DNA of 36,377 nucleotides from a virus (Duplodnaviria; Heunggongvirae; Uroviricota; Caudoviricetes): IMG/VR virus record IMGVR_UViG_2917398303_000003; one strand, 5' to 3'. Shown piece by piece: positions 26,377 to 36,377 of this stretch (position 1 is its first letter; each line of letters starts with the position of its first letter). The notes under the pieces were generated by a model. It saw only the letters and a program-made list of their open reading frames with translations, ran no database searches and was not told where the DNA came from. The position numbers and the translations under genes were made by a program.

Positions 26377-27549
26377 ATGGCTCAGGATTACCACCACGGG
26401 GTGCGCGTTGTTGAAGTCAACGAAGGCACCCGATCCATTACCACGGTGAGCACCGCCATCGTGGGTATGGTCTGCACGGGCGATGATGCCGATGCAAAAA
26501 TGTTTCCTCTTAATAAACCCGTGCTGATCACTGATGTGCTGACTGCCAGCGGTAAAGCGGGTGAGTCCGGCACGCTGGCTCGTTCGCTGGATGCCATCGC
26601 TGACCAGGCAAAACCCGTGACCGTTGTTGTGCGTGTGCCCCAGGGGGAAACGGAAGAAGAAACCACAACCAATATCATCGGCGCAGTGACCGCCGAGGGT
26701 AAAAAAACAGGCATGAAAGCCCTGTTATCTGCTCAGTCACAGCTCGGCGTTAAACCGCGCATTCTCGGCGTGCCAGGTCACGATAACAAAGCCGTTGCGA
26801 CTGAGCTGCTGAGTGTGGCGCAAAGCCTGCGTGGGTTTGCCTACCTGTCAGCATATGGCTGCAAGACGGTGCAGGAGGCGATCACTTACCGTGAAAACTT
26901 CAGCCAGCGTGAAGGGATGCTGATCTGGCCGGATTTTATCAGCTGGGACACGGTGCTGAATGCCGAAGCAACGGCATACGCCACCGCGCGTGCGCTTGGC
27001 CTGCGCGCCAAAATTGACGAGCAGACCGGATGGCACAAAAGCCTGTCCAACGTGGGCGTGAACGGTGTCACCGGAATTTCTGCTGATGTGTTCTGGGATC
27101 TGCAGGACCCGGCAACCGATGCAGGTCTGCTTAACCAGAACGACGTCACCACCCTTATCCGCAAGGACGGTTTCCGCTTCTGGGGTTCCCGCTGTCTGAG
27201 TGATGATCCGCTCTTTGCCTTCGAAAACTACACCCGCACGGCGCAGGTGCTGATGGACACAATGGCAGAAGCGCACATGTGGGCGGTGGATAAACCGCTG
27301 AATCCGTCACTGGCCCGCGACATTATCGAGGGTATCCGTGCCAAAATGCGCAGCCTGGTCAGTCAGGGCTATCTCATTGGTGGTGATTGCTGGCTGGACG
27401 AGTCGGTGAACGATAAAGACACGCTGAAAGCCGGGAAGCTCACCATCGACTACGACTACACGCCAGTGCCGCCACTTGAAAATCTGATGCTGCGCCAGCG
27501 CATCACCGATCAGTACCTGGTGAATTTCGCCAGCCAGGTCAGCGCGTAA
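26377..27549 (+). CDS. FI: Contractile tail sheath protein (P2 gpFI homolog)
   Basis: ORF track (390 aa). Position, size and conserved N-terminus ([13 protein letters not shown]...). Confidence 0.9.
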   Translation: MAQDYHHGVRVVEVNEGTRSITTVSTAIVGMVCTGDDADAKMFPLNKPVLITDVLTASGKAGESGTLARSLDAIADQAKPVTVVVRVPQGETEEETTTNIIGAVTAEGKKTGMKALLSAQSQLGVKPRILGVPGHDNKAVATELLSVAQSLRGFAYLSAYGCKTVQEAITYRENFSQREGMLIWPDFISWDTVLNAEATAYATARALGLRAKIDEQTGWHKSLSNVGVNGVTGISADVFWDLQDPATDAGLLNQNDVTTLIRKDGFRFWGSRCLSDDPLFAFENYTRTAQVLMDTMAEAHMWAVDKPLNPSLARDIIEGIRAKMRSLVSQGYLIGGDCWLDESVNDKDTLKAGKLTIDYDYTPVPPLENLMLRQRITDQYLVNFASQVSA

Positions 27550-27558
27550 GGGGACAAC

Positions 27559-28074
27559 ATGGCTTTACCACGCAAATTAAAACACCTGAACCTGTTTAAC
27601 GACGGGAACAACTGGCAGGGGATCGTTGAGTCGCTGACGCTGCCGAAATTCACCCGCAAATATGAGAAGTATCGCGGCGGCGGAATGCCGGGTGCAGTGG
27701 ATGTGGATCTGGGACTGGATGACAGTGCGCTGGACACAGAATTTTCCATTGGTGGTACTGAACTGCTGCTGTTTAAACAGATGGGCAAAGCCACGGTGGA
27801 TGGCATCCAGCTGCGCTTTACCGGCTCTATCCAGCGTGACGATACCGGGGAAGTGCAGGCCGTAGAGCTTGTGGTGCGCGGACGTCACAAAGAAGTGGAT
27901 TCCGGTGAGTGGAAGACGGGCGAAAGCAACACCACCAAAGTGACCAGTACCAACAGCTACGCGAAGCTGACTATCAATGGTGAGGTGCTCTATGAAGTGG
28001 ACCTTATCAACATGGTGGAAATTGTGGACGGTGTGGACCTGATGGAAGCGCACCGCAACGCCCTTGGCCTCTGA
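27559..28074 (+). CDS. FII: Tail tube protein (P2 gpFII homolog)
   Basis: ORF track (171 aa). Position after the sheath gene. Confidence 0.9.
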   Translation: MALPRKLKHLNLFNDGNNWQGIVESLTLPKFTRKYEKYRGGGMPGAVDVDLGLDDSALDTEFSIGGTELLLFKQMGKATVDGIQLRFTGSIQRDDTGEVQAVELVVRGRHKEVDSGEWKTGESNTTKVTSTNSYAKLTINGEVLYEVDLINMVEIVDGVDLMEAHRNALGL

Positions 28075-28128
28075 TGTATCTGAACGGCGCGGAATGCCGC
28101 GCCAGAACCCAATTTACAGGACAGCAAA

Positions 28129-28431
28129 ATGAGCGATAAGCAGACTGAAAAGACCATTCAACTGGACACCCCCATCATGCGCGGTAAAACAGAAATTACC
28201 GAAATTGTGCTGCGTAAACCGCAGTCCGGTGCGCTGCGCGGTACACGCCTGCAGGCCATTATGGATATGGATGTGAACGCGATGATGACCGTGATCCCCC
28301 GCATTTCCAGTCCGGCACTGACTGCACAGGAAATTGCAGAGATGGACCCGGCAGACCTCACTGCTATGTCGGTTGAGGTTGTCACTTTTTTGTTGAAGAA
28401 GTCGGTGCTTGCCGGTTTACCGACAGCCTGA
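28129..28431 (+). CDS. E: Tail assembly chaperone E (P2 gpE homolog)
   Basis: ORF track (100 aa). Contains a T6G slippery heptamer near its 3' end. Confidence 0.8.
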   Translation: MSDKQTEKTIQLDTPIMRGKTEITEIVLRKPQSGALRGTRLQAIMDMDVNAMMTVIPRISSPALTAQEIAEMDPADLTAMSVEVVTFLLKKSVLAGLPTA

Positions 28432-28565
28432 CGGTTGACGATCTGGTGGCAGATATCGCCACCATTTTTCACTGGCCGCCATCCGTTACTGACGTTATGC
28501 CGCTGACCGAAGTGCTGGAATGGCGGTATAAAGCGATTCAGAGAAGCGGGGCCAACGATGAGTAA
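28386..28565 (+). CDS. E': E' extension of the E+E' product made by a -1 programmed ribosomal frameshift at TTTTTTG (28386..28392)
   Basis: Read directly: after a -1 slip on ttttttg, the frame stays open to TAA at 28563..28565, which overlaps the T start. Gives ~145 aa in total, comparable to P2 E+E' (~142 aa as I recall). Confidence 0.6.
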   Translation, partial: FFVEEVGACRFTDSLTVDDLVADIATIFHWPPSVTDVMPLTEVLEWRYKAIQRSGANDE

Positions 28566-31500
28566 TAATAACCTGCGCCTGCAGGTCATTCTTAATGCGG
28601 TTGACAAACTCACCCGCCCATTCCGTGCTGCACAGGCCAGTTCGAAAGAGCTGGCTTGCGCAATCAGAAACTCCCGTGACGCATTAAAGCAACTCAATCA
28701 GGCGGGTAACAGCCTGGAAAAATTTCGCAAGCTGCAGGCCGATAACAAGAAGTTAGGCGACAGGCTGAACTATGCCAGACAGAAGGCTAATTTGCTTAGC
28801 TCTGAGCTGGAGGCGATGGAACAACCATCACAACGGCACCTTGTGGCTTTAGGTCGGCAAACGCTGGCAGTCCAACGCCTGGAAGAACAACAAAAATATT
28901 TGCAGAAGCAAACGGCGCTTGTGCGTGCAGAACTGTACCGGGCGGGAATTTCTGCGAAAGATGATGCGGGAGCAACTGCCCGTTTAGCCCGTGAAACATC
29001 ACGTTATAACCAGGAATTGTCGAAACAGGAGGCGCGCCTGAAGCGACTGGGGGAAGCTCAGCGCAGGATGAATGCGGCGCGTGCCAGTTATGCCCGTTCG
29101 CTGGAGGTGCGTGATCGTATTGCAGGTGCCGGAGCCACCACCACGGCTGCAGGGCTGGCAATGGGCGCACCAGTGATGGCGGCAGTAAAAAGCTATACCA
29201 GTATGGAAGATGCCATGAAAGGTGTGGCAAAGCAGGTCAATGGTCTGCGTGACGATAATGGCAATCGCACTGCGCGTTTTTATGAAATGCAGGATGCCAT
29301 CAAGGCTGCCAGCGAACAGTTACCGATGGAAAATGGTGCGGTGGACTTCGCCGCACTGGTTGAAGGTGGTGCGCGCATGAACGTCGCAAACCCTGACGAC
29401 AGCTGGGAAGACCAGAAACGTGACCTTTTGGCCTTTGCCAGCACGGCAGCAAAGGCGGCAACAGCTTTTGAGCTGCCAGCGGATGAACTGTCAGAAAGTC
29501 TGGGGAAAATCGCCCAGCTCTACAAAATCCCTACCCGCAATATTGAACAGCTCGGTGATGCGCTGAACTATCTGGATGATAACGCCATGTCGAAAGGGGC
29601 AGACATCATTGATGTCATGCAACGCCTGGGCGGTGTGGCTGATCGTCTGGATTATCGTAAAGCGGCGGCGCTGGGTTCCACCTTTCTGACACTGGGCGCT
29701 GCGCCAGAGGTTGCAGCCAGTGCAGCAAACGCGATGGTGCGTGAATTGTCCATTGCCACCATGCAAAGCAAGAGTTTCTTTGAAGGGATGAATCTGCTGA
29801 AACTCAATCCTGAAGTGATTGAAAAGCAGATGACGAAGGATGCGATGGGAACTATCCAGCGCGTACTGGAGAAGGTGAACGCACTACCGCAGGATAAACG
29901 TCTGTCTGCCATGACCATGTTGTTTGGTAAAGAGTTTGGCGATGACGCGGCGAAACTGGCAAACAACCTGCCGGAACTGCAGCGCCAGCTAAAACTGACA
30001 GCGGGCAATGATGCGCTCGGCTCCATGCAGAAAGAATCCGACATTAACAAGGACTCACTTTCTGCGCAGTGGTTGCTGGTCAAAACCGGAGCGCAGAACA
30101 CCTTCAGCAGCCTGGGCGAAACGCTGCGCCAGCCGCTGATGGATATTCTGTACATGGTGAAAAGCGTCACGGGAGCGTCGCGTCGTTGGGTGGAAGCTAA
30201 CCCGGAACTGACGGGCACTCTGATGAAAGTGGCCGCTGTGGTGGCTGCCGTTACCGTGGGCCTCGGCACCTTAGCGGTGGCGCTGGCTGCAGTGCTGGGG
30301 CCGCTGGCAGTCATCCGTCTGGGATTCTCTGTGCTGGGTATCAAAACGTTACCTTCCGTTACGGATGCAGTAACACGAACCAGCAGCGCGTTGTCCTGGC
30401 TGGCTGGCGCACCACTGGCACTGCTGCGACGCGGGCTTGCTTCATCGGGCAACGCTGCAGGTTTACTTACTGCGCCGTTGTCGTCTTTGCGCCGCACGGC
30501 ATCACTGACGGGAAATGTCCTGAAAACTGTAGCAGGTGCGCCGGTTGCACTTTTGCGGTCTGGATTATCCGGTTTACGTGCGGTTGCTGTGATGTTTATG
30601 AATCCACTGGCGGTACTACGCGGCGGACTGGCTGCCACAGGCACGGTGCTGCGTATGCTCGCATCCGGCCCGCTGGCGATGCTGCGCGTTGCCCTGTATG
30701 CCGTATCTGGTCTGTTAGGTGCTCTGCTTAGCCCGATAGGTCTTGTGGTTACTGCACTGGCGGGCGTGGCGCTGGTTGTCTGGAAATACTGGCAACCCAT
30801 CACCGCATTTCTTGGTGGCGTGGTGGAAGGATTCAAAGCGGCGGCAGGTCCCGTCAGTGCCGCATTCGAACCACTTAAGCCTGTGTTCCAGTGGATTGGC
30901 GACAAAGTGCAGGCGCTGTGGGGCTGGTTTACTGACCTGCTGACGCCCGTTAAGTCGACCTCTGCCGAACTGCAGAGTGCAGCGGCAATGGGGCGACGAT
31001 TCGGGGAGGCTCTGGCGGAAGGGCTGAATATGGTCATGCATCCGCTGGACTCCCTGAAATCCGGCGTTTCCTGGTTGCTGGAGAAACTCGGCATTGTCAG
31101 TAAAGAGGCCGCAAAGGCAAAACTACCGGAAAGCGTGACGCGTCAGCAACCTGCGACGGTGAATGCAGGCGGCAAAGTGATGATGCCATCGGGTGGTTTT
31201 CCGTCATGGGGATATGGCTTTGCGGGGATGTATGACAGCGGCGGCTATATCCCGCGCGGGCAGTTTGGCATCGTCGGTGAAAACGGGCCGGAAATTGTTA
31301 ACGGCCCGGCAAACGTGACCAGCCGGAGAAATACAGCTGCACTGGCTGCCGTTGTCGCCGGAATGATGGGTGTTGCTGCCGCGCCAGCAGAGCTTCCACC
31401 GTTGCATCCTTTGGCGCTACCCGCGAAAGGCGGTGAAGCGATGGTGAGTCGTGCAGCTACAGTGCCGCCCATTTACCGGATTGAAGCACCGACGCAGATC

Positions 31501-31635
31501 ATCATCCAGACACAGCCAGGACAAAGTGCGCAGGATATTGCGCGGGAGGTGGCCCGCCAGCTTGATGAACGTGAACGCAGGCTGAAGGCAAAAGCCAGGA
31601 GTAACTACAGCGATCAGGGGGGATACGACGCATGA
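28558..31635 (+). CDS. T: Tail tape-measure protein (P2 gpT homolog)
   Basis: ORF track (1025 aa). Coiled-coil-like N-terminal third. Central hydrophobic periodic PLA-x-LR-x-GL repeats typical of tape-measure proteins. Confidence 0.9.
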   Translation: MSNNNLRLQVILNAVDKLTRPFRAAQASSKELACAIRNSRDALKQLNQAGNSLEKFRKLQADNKKLGDRLNYARQKANLLSSELEAMEQPSQRHLVALGRQTLAVQRLEEQQKYLQKQTALVRAELYRAGISAKDDAGATARLARETSRYNQELSKQEARLKRLGEAQRRMNAARASYARSLEVRDRIAGAGATTTAAGLAMGAPVMAAVKSYTSMEDAMKGVAKQVNGLRDDNGNRTARFYEMQDAIKAASEQLPMENGAVDFAALVEGGARMNVANPDDSWEDQKRDLLAFASTAAKAATAFELPADELSESLGKIAQLYKIPTRNIEQLGDALNYLDDNAMSKGADIIDVMQRLGGVADRLDYRKAAALGSTFLTLGAAPEVAASAANAMVRELSIATMQSKSFFEGMNLLKLNPEVIEKQMTKDAMGTIQRVLEKVNALPQDKRLSAMTMLFGKEFGDDAAKLANNLPELQRQLKLTAGNDALGSMQKESDINKDSLSAQWLLVKTGAQNTFSSLGETLRQPLMDILYMVKSVTGASRRWVEANPELTGTLMKVAAVVAAVTVGLGTLAVALAAVLGPLAVIRLGFSVLGIKTLPSVTDAVTRTSSALSWLAGAPLALLRRGLASSGNAAGLLTAPLSSLRRTASLTGNVLKTVAGAPVALLRSGLSGLRAVAVMFMNPLAVLRGGLAATGTVLRMLASGPLAMLRVALYAVSGLLGALLSPIGLVVTALAGVALVVWKYWQPITAFLGGVVEGFKAAAGPVSAAFEPLKPVFQWIGDKVQALWGWFTDLLTPVKSTSAELQSAAAMGRRFGEALAEGLNMVMHPLDSLKSGVSWLLEKLGIVSKEAAKAKLPESVTRQQPATVNAGGKVMMPSGGFPSWGYGFAGMYDSGGYIPRGQFGIVGENGPEIVNGPANVTSRRNTAALAAVVAGMMGVAAAPAELPPLHPLALPAKGGEAMVSRAATVPPIYRIEAPTQIIIQTQPGQSAQDIAREVARQLDERERRLKAKARSNYSDQGGYDA

Positions 31636-32116
31636 TGATGGTGCTGGGATTGTACGTGTTTATGCTGCGCACCGTGCCGTATCAGGAACTGCAGTATCAA
31701 CGCAGCTGGCGACATGCGGCTAACAGCCGGGTAAATCGTCGTCCGTCCACGCAGTTTCTGGGACCGGACAACGACATGCTGACGCTTTCCGGTGTTCTTA
31801 TGCCGGAGATAACAGGCGGCAGGCTGTCGTTGCTGGCACTTGAGCAGATGGCAGAACAGGGGAAAGCATGGCCTCTGATTGAAGGCAGCGGCACGATTTA
31901 CGGCATGTATGTCATTGAGGGACTGAATCAAACTAAAACGGAGTTTTCCGCGACGGTATGCCGCGCCGGATTGAGTTCACCCTGTCGCTCAAACGGGTGG
32001 ATGAATCCCTGTCCGATATGTTCGGTGATCTCAGTGCGCAACTGAATAATCTGCAGGACACGGCAACGTCTGCCTTAAGCGATATCAGTAAAACGGTGGG
32101 AGGGCTGCTGTCGTGA
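31632..32116 (+). pseudogene. U: Tail protein U (P2 gpU homolog) with an apparent 1-nt deficit at a T4 run (31944..31947) that splits the reading frame
   Basis: ORF track 31632..32045 covers the N-terminal part. The conserved C-terminus (...GMPRRIEFTLSLKRVDESLSDMF...TVGGLLS) is in another frame and ends at 32114..32116, overlapping the D start. Adding one T at gagttttcc would restore ~161 aa; P2 gpU is ~159 aa as I recall. Confidence 0.55.
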
Positions 32117-33213
32117 ATTTCAGCTCTGAACTGCTTAACAAAGGCAACAAAACTCCCGCATTCAGCATCAGTATTGAGGGGAAGGATATCACCACTGTGC
32201 TGGATAACCGCCTGATGAGTCTGACGCTGACGGACAATCGGGGCTTTGAAGCAGACCAGCTTGATCTGGAGCTGGACGACGCCGACGGAAAAATCGTGCT
32301 GCCGCGCCGTGGTGCGGTCATCACGCTGGCGCTGGGCTGGAAGGGGCAGCCGCTTTTCCCGAAAGGGGCATTCACGGTGGACGAGATTGAACACACTGGC
32401 GCACCGGATCGCCTGACTATCCGGGCGCGAAGTGCTGATTTTAGGGAAACGCTGAATACCCGCGGTGAAAAATCGTGGCACAAGACCACTGTCGGGGAAG
32501 TGGTGAAGGCAATAGCCGCGCGGCACAAACTGAAGATGGCATTGGGTAAAGACCTGTCTGATAAACCCGTGGAGCATATAGACCAGACTAATGAGAGTGA
32601 CGGCAGTTTTCTGATGCGGCTGGCGCGCCAGTACGGTGCTATTGCGTCGGTGAAAAATGGCAATCTGTTATTCATCCGGCAGGGACAGGGTAAAAGCGCC
32701 AGCGGTAAACCACTACCGGTGATCACTATCACACGTAAGGACGGCGACAGTCACCGCTTTACCCTTGCAGATCGCGGAGCTTACACGGGCGTAATTGCCA
32801 GTTGGTTGCATACCCGTGAACCCGCGAAGAAAGAAAGCACCACGGTGAAGCGTAAGCGCAGGACTAAGAAGCAGAAGAAAGAGCCGGAAGCGAAGCAGGG
32901 CGATTACCTGGTGGGTACGGATGAAAACGTGCTGGTACTTAATCGCACTTATGCCAACCGGAGCAACGCTGAACGGGCAGCGAAAATGCAGTGGGAACGC
33001 CTGCAACGCGGCGTTGCGTCATTCTCGCTACAACTGGCGGAAGGGCGGGCAGATCTCTACACGGAAATGCCAGTGAAAGTCAGTGGCTTTAAACAGCCGA
33101 TAGATGATGCGGAATGGACCATTACGACTCTGACGCATACCGTCAGCCCGGATAACGGTTTTACGACCAGTTTGGAGCTTGAAGTGAAGATTGATGATTT
33201 CGAAATGGAATGA
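32113..33213 (+). CDS. D: Tail protein D (P2 gpD homolog)
   Basis: ORF track (366 aa). GTG start overlapping the U stop. Last gene of the tail operon. Confidence 0.9.
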   Translation: MNFSSELLNKGNKTPAFSISIEGKDITTVLDNRLMSLTLTDNRGFEADQLDLELDDADGKIVLPRRGAVITLALGWKGQPLFPKGAFTVDEIEHTGAPDRLTIRARSADFRETLNTRGEKSWHKTTVGEVVKAIAARHKLKMALGKDLSDKPVEHIDQTNESDGSFLMRLARQYGAIASVKNGNLLFIRQGQGKSASGKPLPVITITRKDGDSHRFTLADRGAYTGVIASWLHTREPAKKESTTVKRKRRTKKQKKEPEAKQGDYLVGTDENVLVLNRTYANRSNAERAAKMQWERLQRGVASFSLQLAEGRADLYTEMPVKVSGFKQPIDDAEWTITTLTHTVSPDNGFTTSLELEVKIDDFEME

Positions 33214-33303
33214 TTCTTCGCAATGGAGAACTTTTAAGTTTTCAAAATGGAATAATGCGGTATCATTATTGTGAATTTAGCAAAAATGGGGAGAACTCGA
33301 AAA

Positions 33304-33522
33304 ATGATTATTTGCCCACTGTGTGGAAGTGCCGCCCATACTCGCAGCAGTTTTCAGGTATCTTCATTGACCAAAGAGCGTTACAACCAGTGCCAGAACA
33401 TTAACTGCAGCCATACTTTTGTTACCCATGAAACTTTTGTTCGTTCGATTGCAACGCCAAAAGAGTCAAATCCGGTTCAGCCGCATCCAATGAAATCAGG
33501 ACAGGTGGCGCTCTCTCTTTGA
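33304..33522 (+). CDS. ogr: Late-gene transcriptional activator, zinc finger (P2 Ogr / 186 B homolog)
   Basis: ORF track 33271..33522. ATG at 33304 gives 72 aa. CPLC...(~20 aa)...CQNINC zinc-finger pattern matching P2 Ogr as I recall it (CPLC...KERYHQCQNVNCSATF). Confidence 0.85.
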   Translation: MIICPLCGSAAHTRSSFQVSSLTKERYNQCQNINCSHTFVTHETFVRSIATPKESNPVQPHPMKSGQVALSL

Positions 33523-33602
33523 CGCTGCCGCCATTTTGTCGCCATCGTTAAAAAACAGTGCTTCTAACATCATGATTTTAAACAGCTTAAATTTCAGGCA
33601 AC

Positions 33603-33645
33603 AAAAAACCCATCAACCTTGAACCGAAATGGCGGGGTTGATGGG
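33603..33645 (-). terminator. Candidate rho-independent terminator downstream of ybjL (stem cccatcaacc / ggttgatggg, then T6 on the minus strand); lies within the presumed attR region
   Basis: Read directly: 10-bp stem with a 17-nt loop that has internal ccg/cgg pairing. On the minus strand it is followed by tttttt (33603..33608). Confidence 0.4.
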
Positions 33646-33757
33646 CTCCACAAAATGGGGACATCAAAGAAAAGCAGTGGCACTAATTAAGACTGATGCC
33701 CCAAAGAAAAGTTCGCCGATTGTACAAAAAAATTTCATTTTCAGGGCAACTTCAGTT

Positions 33758-35443
33758 TTATCCGAGTCCTGGCCATACCATGACAATGATTGTCCCGGCC
33801 AGCGTTAGCAGTACGTTAGCTATTGCATAAGTGCCCGCATAACCTAAGGCTGGGATGTTACTGCGTGCGGTGTCGCTGATGATCTCCATTGCCGGCGCAC
33901 AAGTACGCGCGCCCATCATCGCGCCGAACAGGAGTGCGCGGTTCATACGCAGTACATAAGCGCCGAACAGGAAGCAGATAACCACCGGTACCAGACTGAC
34001 AATCAATCCGGCAATTAACATCTGACCACCGATTGCGCCCAGGCCGTTATTAATACCGCTACCGGCGCTTAAACCAACGCCTGCCATAAACACCATCAAG
34101 CCGAACTCTTTCACCATGCTTAACGCCCCCTGCGGAATGTAACCGAAGGTCGGGTGGTTAGCGCGCATAAAGCCCAACATAATGCCGGCGAATAACAAGC
34201 CAGCAGCGTTACCCATGCCAAAGCTAAATGTACTGAACTGGAAGGTAATCATCCCGATCATCAGGCCAATAACAAAGAACGCGCAGAATGCCAGCAGGTC
34301 TGTGACCTGGCTGTGAATCGAGATAAAGCCGATGCGGTCAGCAATGGTTTTCACGCGACGGGCATCGCCGCTCACCTGTAAAACATCACCTTTATTAAGC
34401 ACAACGTTGTCATCAATTGGCATCTCAATCTGGCTGCGGATGACGCGGTTAAGGAAGCAACCGTGATCGGTCAACTTTAGTTGTGCCAGACGTTTACCTA
34501 CCGCGTTATGGTTTTTGACGACGACCTCTTCAGTGACAATACGCATGTCGAGAAGGTCACGATCAAAAACTTCTTTACCGTTACGGAAGCTGGGATCGAG
34601 GCGGGCATGGGCGTCTGGATATCCCACTAACGCTATCTCATCGCCCATTTGCAGTACGGCGTCGCCATCTGGATTTGCCAGAATCCCGTTACGACGAATA
34701 CGTTCAATGTAGCAACCGGTTTGACGATAAATACCCAATTCACGCAGATTTTTGCCGTCGGTCCAGGCCACCAGCTCCGGGCCGACACGGTAGGCGCGGA
34801 TCACCGGCAAATAAACTTTTCGGCTGGCATCGGTGTCCAGGCCACGTTCGCGAGCGATTTGTTGGGCGCTGGTCTGTAAATCCTGATGTTGCAACTTCGG
34901 TAAATAACGTGCACCGACAATTAAACTCACCAGGCCAATTAAATAGGTTAACGCATACCCAAGGCTTAGATTATCCAGTGCTGTGGAGAGCTGTCCGCTT
35001 TCCATACCGGAATGGCGTAATGTGTCGCCAGCACCGACCAGAACCGGTGTCGATGTCATGGAGCCAGCCAACATACCGGCCGTCAGACCGATATCCCAGC
35101 CAAACAGCTTACCCAACCCTAAGGCGATCGCCAGCGCACTGCTAACCATCACCAGAGCTAACATTAGGTAATTTTTCCCATCGCGGAAAAAAATGGAAAA
35201 AAAGTTGGGTCCGGCTTCGACCCCGACGCAGAAAATAAACAACATAAAGCCAAGATTAAGCGCGTCGGTGTTAATGCTGAAATGTTGTTGCCCTAATAGT
35301 AACGATACGACTAAAACGCCAATGGAATTACCCAGTTGGATTGAACCAAGTCGTAATTTTCCTAGACATAGTCCAAGCGCAAGGACTACAAATAATAACA
35401 GAATGTAATTCCCATTTAACAATTCGGCGACGTTTATATTCAC
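33758..35443 (-). CDS. ybjL: Putative transporter YbjL (host gene)
   Basis: ORF track (561 aa). Polytopic membrane protein. Sequence and length match E. coli YbjL as I recall it. Adjacent to ybjM and grxA as in E. coli. Confidence 0.85.
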   Translation of the reverse strand: MNINVAELLNGNYILLLFVVLALGLCLGKLRLGSIQLGNSIGVLVVSLLLGQQHFSINTDALNLGFMLFIFCVGVEAGPNFFSIFFRDGKNYLMLALVMVSSALAIALGLGKLFGWDIGLTAGMLAGSMTSTPVLVGAGDTLRHSGMESGQLSTALDNLSLGYALTYLIGLVSLIVGARYLPKLQHQDLQTSAQQIARERGLDTDASRKVYLPVIRAYRVGPELVAWTDGKNLRELGIYRQTGCYIERIRRNGILANPDGDAVLQMGDEIALVGYPDAHARLDPSFRNGKEVFDRDLLDMRIVTEEVVVKNHNAVGKRLAQLKLTDHGCFLNRVIRSQIEMPIDDNVVLNKGDVLQVSGDARRVKTIADRIGFISIHSQVTDLLAFCAFFVIGLMIGMITFQFSTFSFGMGNAAGLLFAGIMLGFMRANHPTFGYIPQGALSMVKEFGLMVFMAGVGLSAGSGINNGLGAIGGQMLIAGLIVSLVPVVICFLFGAYVLRMNRALLFGAMMGARTCAPAMEIISDTARSNIPALGYAGTYAIANVLLTLAGTIIVMVWPGLG

Positions 35444-35710
35444 GGAGACTAACTTCTTGTTTACGAGTAAGCTGTTGAAAGAAATGGTAATTTAAGATAA
35501 TGTTTTCACCTGAAATCAGGGCGCGGATTCATTCAGCGCACATAAGCAATAGTAAAGAAACAATATATTTTACTAGTGTAATCACATTAAGTACCAACGG
35601 CTATAAAAATTGCGTTGGCCTATATTAGCATGGAATGCGAAGCGGCTTTATCTTACTGAACGCCATAGTGGCGAAAATGTGTTCGATAGAGGCAGTGTCA
35701 GGAGGAGCGA

Positions 35711-36088
35711 GTGAAACATAAACAACGTTGGGCGGGGGCAATCTGCTGTTTTGTCCTCTTCATTGTAGTGTGCCTGTTCCTGGCGACGCAAATGAAAGGC
35801 GCTTTTCGGGCTGCCGGGCATCCTGAAATCGGCTTGCTGTTTTTCATTCTTCCTGGGGCGGTTGCCAGCTTTTTTTCGCAGCGTAGAGAAGTCCTTAAAC
35901 CGCTGTTTGGCGCAATGCTGGCGGCACCGTGTTCTATGTTAATTATGCGTCTGTTTTTTTCACCAACACGCTCATTCTGGCAAGAGCTGGCATGGTTATT
36001 GAGCGCCGTATTCTGGTGTGCGTTGGGGGCGTTGTGTTTCTTGTTTATTAGTAGTTTGTTCAAGTCACAGCACAGAAAAAATCAATAA
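35711..36088 (+). CDS. ybjM: Inner membrane protein YbjM (host gene)
   Basis: ORF track (125 aa). Hydrophobic. Position between ybjL and grxA. Confidence 0.75.
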   Translation: MKHKQRWAGAICCFVLFIVVCLFLATQMKGAFRAAGHPEIGLLFFILPGAVASFFSQRREVLKPLFGAMLAAPCSMLIMRLFFSPTRSFWQELAWLLSAVFWCALGALCFLFISSLFKSQHRKNQ

Positions 36089-36119
36089 AGCCCTCAAACA
36101 GAGAGGGCTTATCCGGCAA

Positions 36120-36377
36120 TCAGGCTTCAAGATTCTCTTTCACCCAGGCAGCAAAATCGGTATAGCCGCCGATGTGTTGCTGATCGACAAAAATCTGCGG
36201 TACGGTTTCTACTGGTTTACCCGCTTTCTGTTGTAAATCTTCTTTGCTAATCCCTTCTGCACGAATATCAACATACTGATATTCAAAGTCATCGCGTTCA
36301 TTACTCAGTTTGTCTGCCAACTCTTTAGCACGCACGCAGTAAGGGCAACCCGGACGACCAAAAATAACGGTTTGCAT
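36120..36377 (-). CDS. grxA: Glutaredoxin 1 (host gene); start codon is at the window edge
   Basis: ORF track (85 aa). CPYC active site (MQTVIFGRPGCPYCVRAKELA...). Matches E. coli GrxA in length and sequence as I recall it. Confidence 0.9.
   Translation of the reverse strand: MQTVIFGRPGCPYCVRAKELADKLSNERDDFEYQYVDIRAEGISKEDLQQKAGKPVETVPQIFVDQQHIGGYTDFAAWVKENLEA

Noticed and set aside
29652-31094. 480-aa minus-strand ORF (and shorter ones at 28158..28697, 28796..29230, 29491..29766) inside the tape-measure gene T
   Set aside because: Entirely antisense to a long syntenic gene. Composition is Ser/Ala/Pro/Arg-rich and low-complexity, as expected from reverse-frame reading of GC-rich codons. No RBS context.
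1-36377. CRISPR arrays, tRNA or rRNA genes, IS elements or transposases
   Set aside because: Reading by eye found no short regularly spaced direct repeats with spacers, no tRNA-like cloverleaf at either prophage end, and no transposase-like ORF. The only exact tandem repeat found is the 26-bp duplication in gene A.

Overview
Almost the whole window is one P2/186-family (peduovirus-type) temperate myovirus prophage, running from its integrase (1..1053, -) to the late activator ogr (33304..33522, +). It is followed by host genes of E. coli type (ybjL, ybjM, grxA; 33758..36377). No tools or database searches were used: all calls rest on the supplied ORF track, motifs read directly in the sequence, and my recollection of P2/186 proteins and gene order.

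Backbone order is canonical: int - cI - apl - cII - small early ORFs - TraR-like - dam - A | cos | Q - P - O - N - M - L - X - holin - endolysin - spanins - R - S - V - W - J - I - H - G - FI - FII - E/E' - T - U - D - ogr.

Five cargo islands interrupt this backbone; they look AT-rich by eye (composition not computed):
- 1240..1431: a small secreted Cys-rich peptide between cI and int.
- 7522..8760: a LexA-box-like promoter, a DinI-like pair and a standalone GNAT acetyltransferase, between A and cos.
- 9000..10750: a 523-aa P-loop NTPase between the putative cos site and portal gene Q. This is my best candidate for an undescribed single-gene anti-phage system.
- 19121..20087: a 271-aa HNH-like protein on the opposite strand between S and V.
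- 24653..26376: an AT3-family acyltransferase at the position of the P2 Z/fun locus.

Two backbone genes look inactivated. Replication gene A is broken by an exact 26-bp tandem duplication (7101..7152), and tail gene U by a 1-nt deficit in a T4 run (31944..31947). Either the prophage is defective or these are assembly errors.

Conserved regulatory signals are also visible: the E/E' slippery site (T6G, 28386..28392) and three TGT-N12-ACA dyads of the Ogr-box type upstream of late operons.
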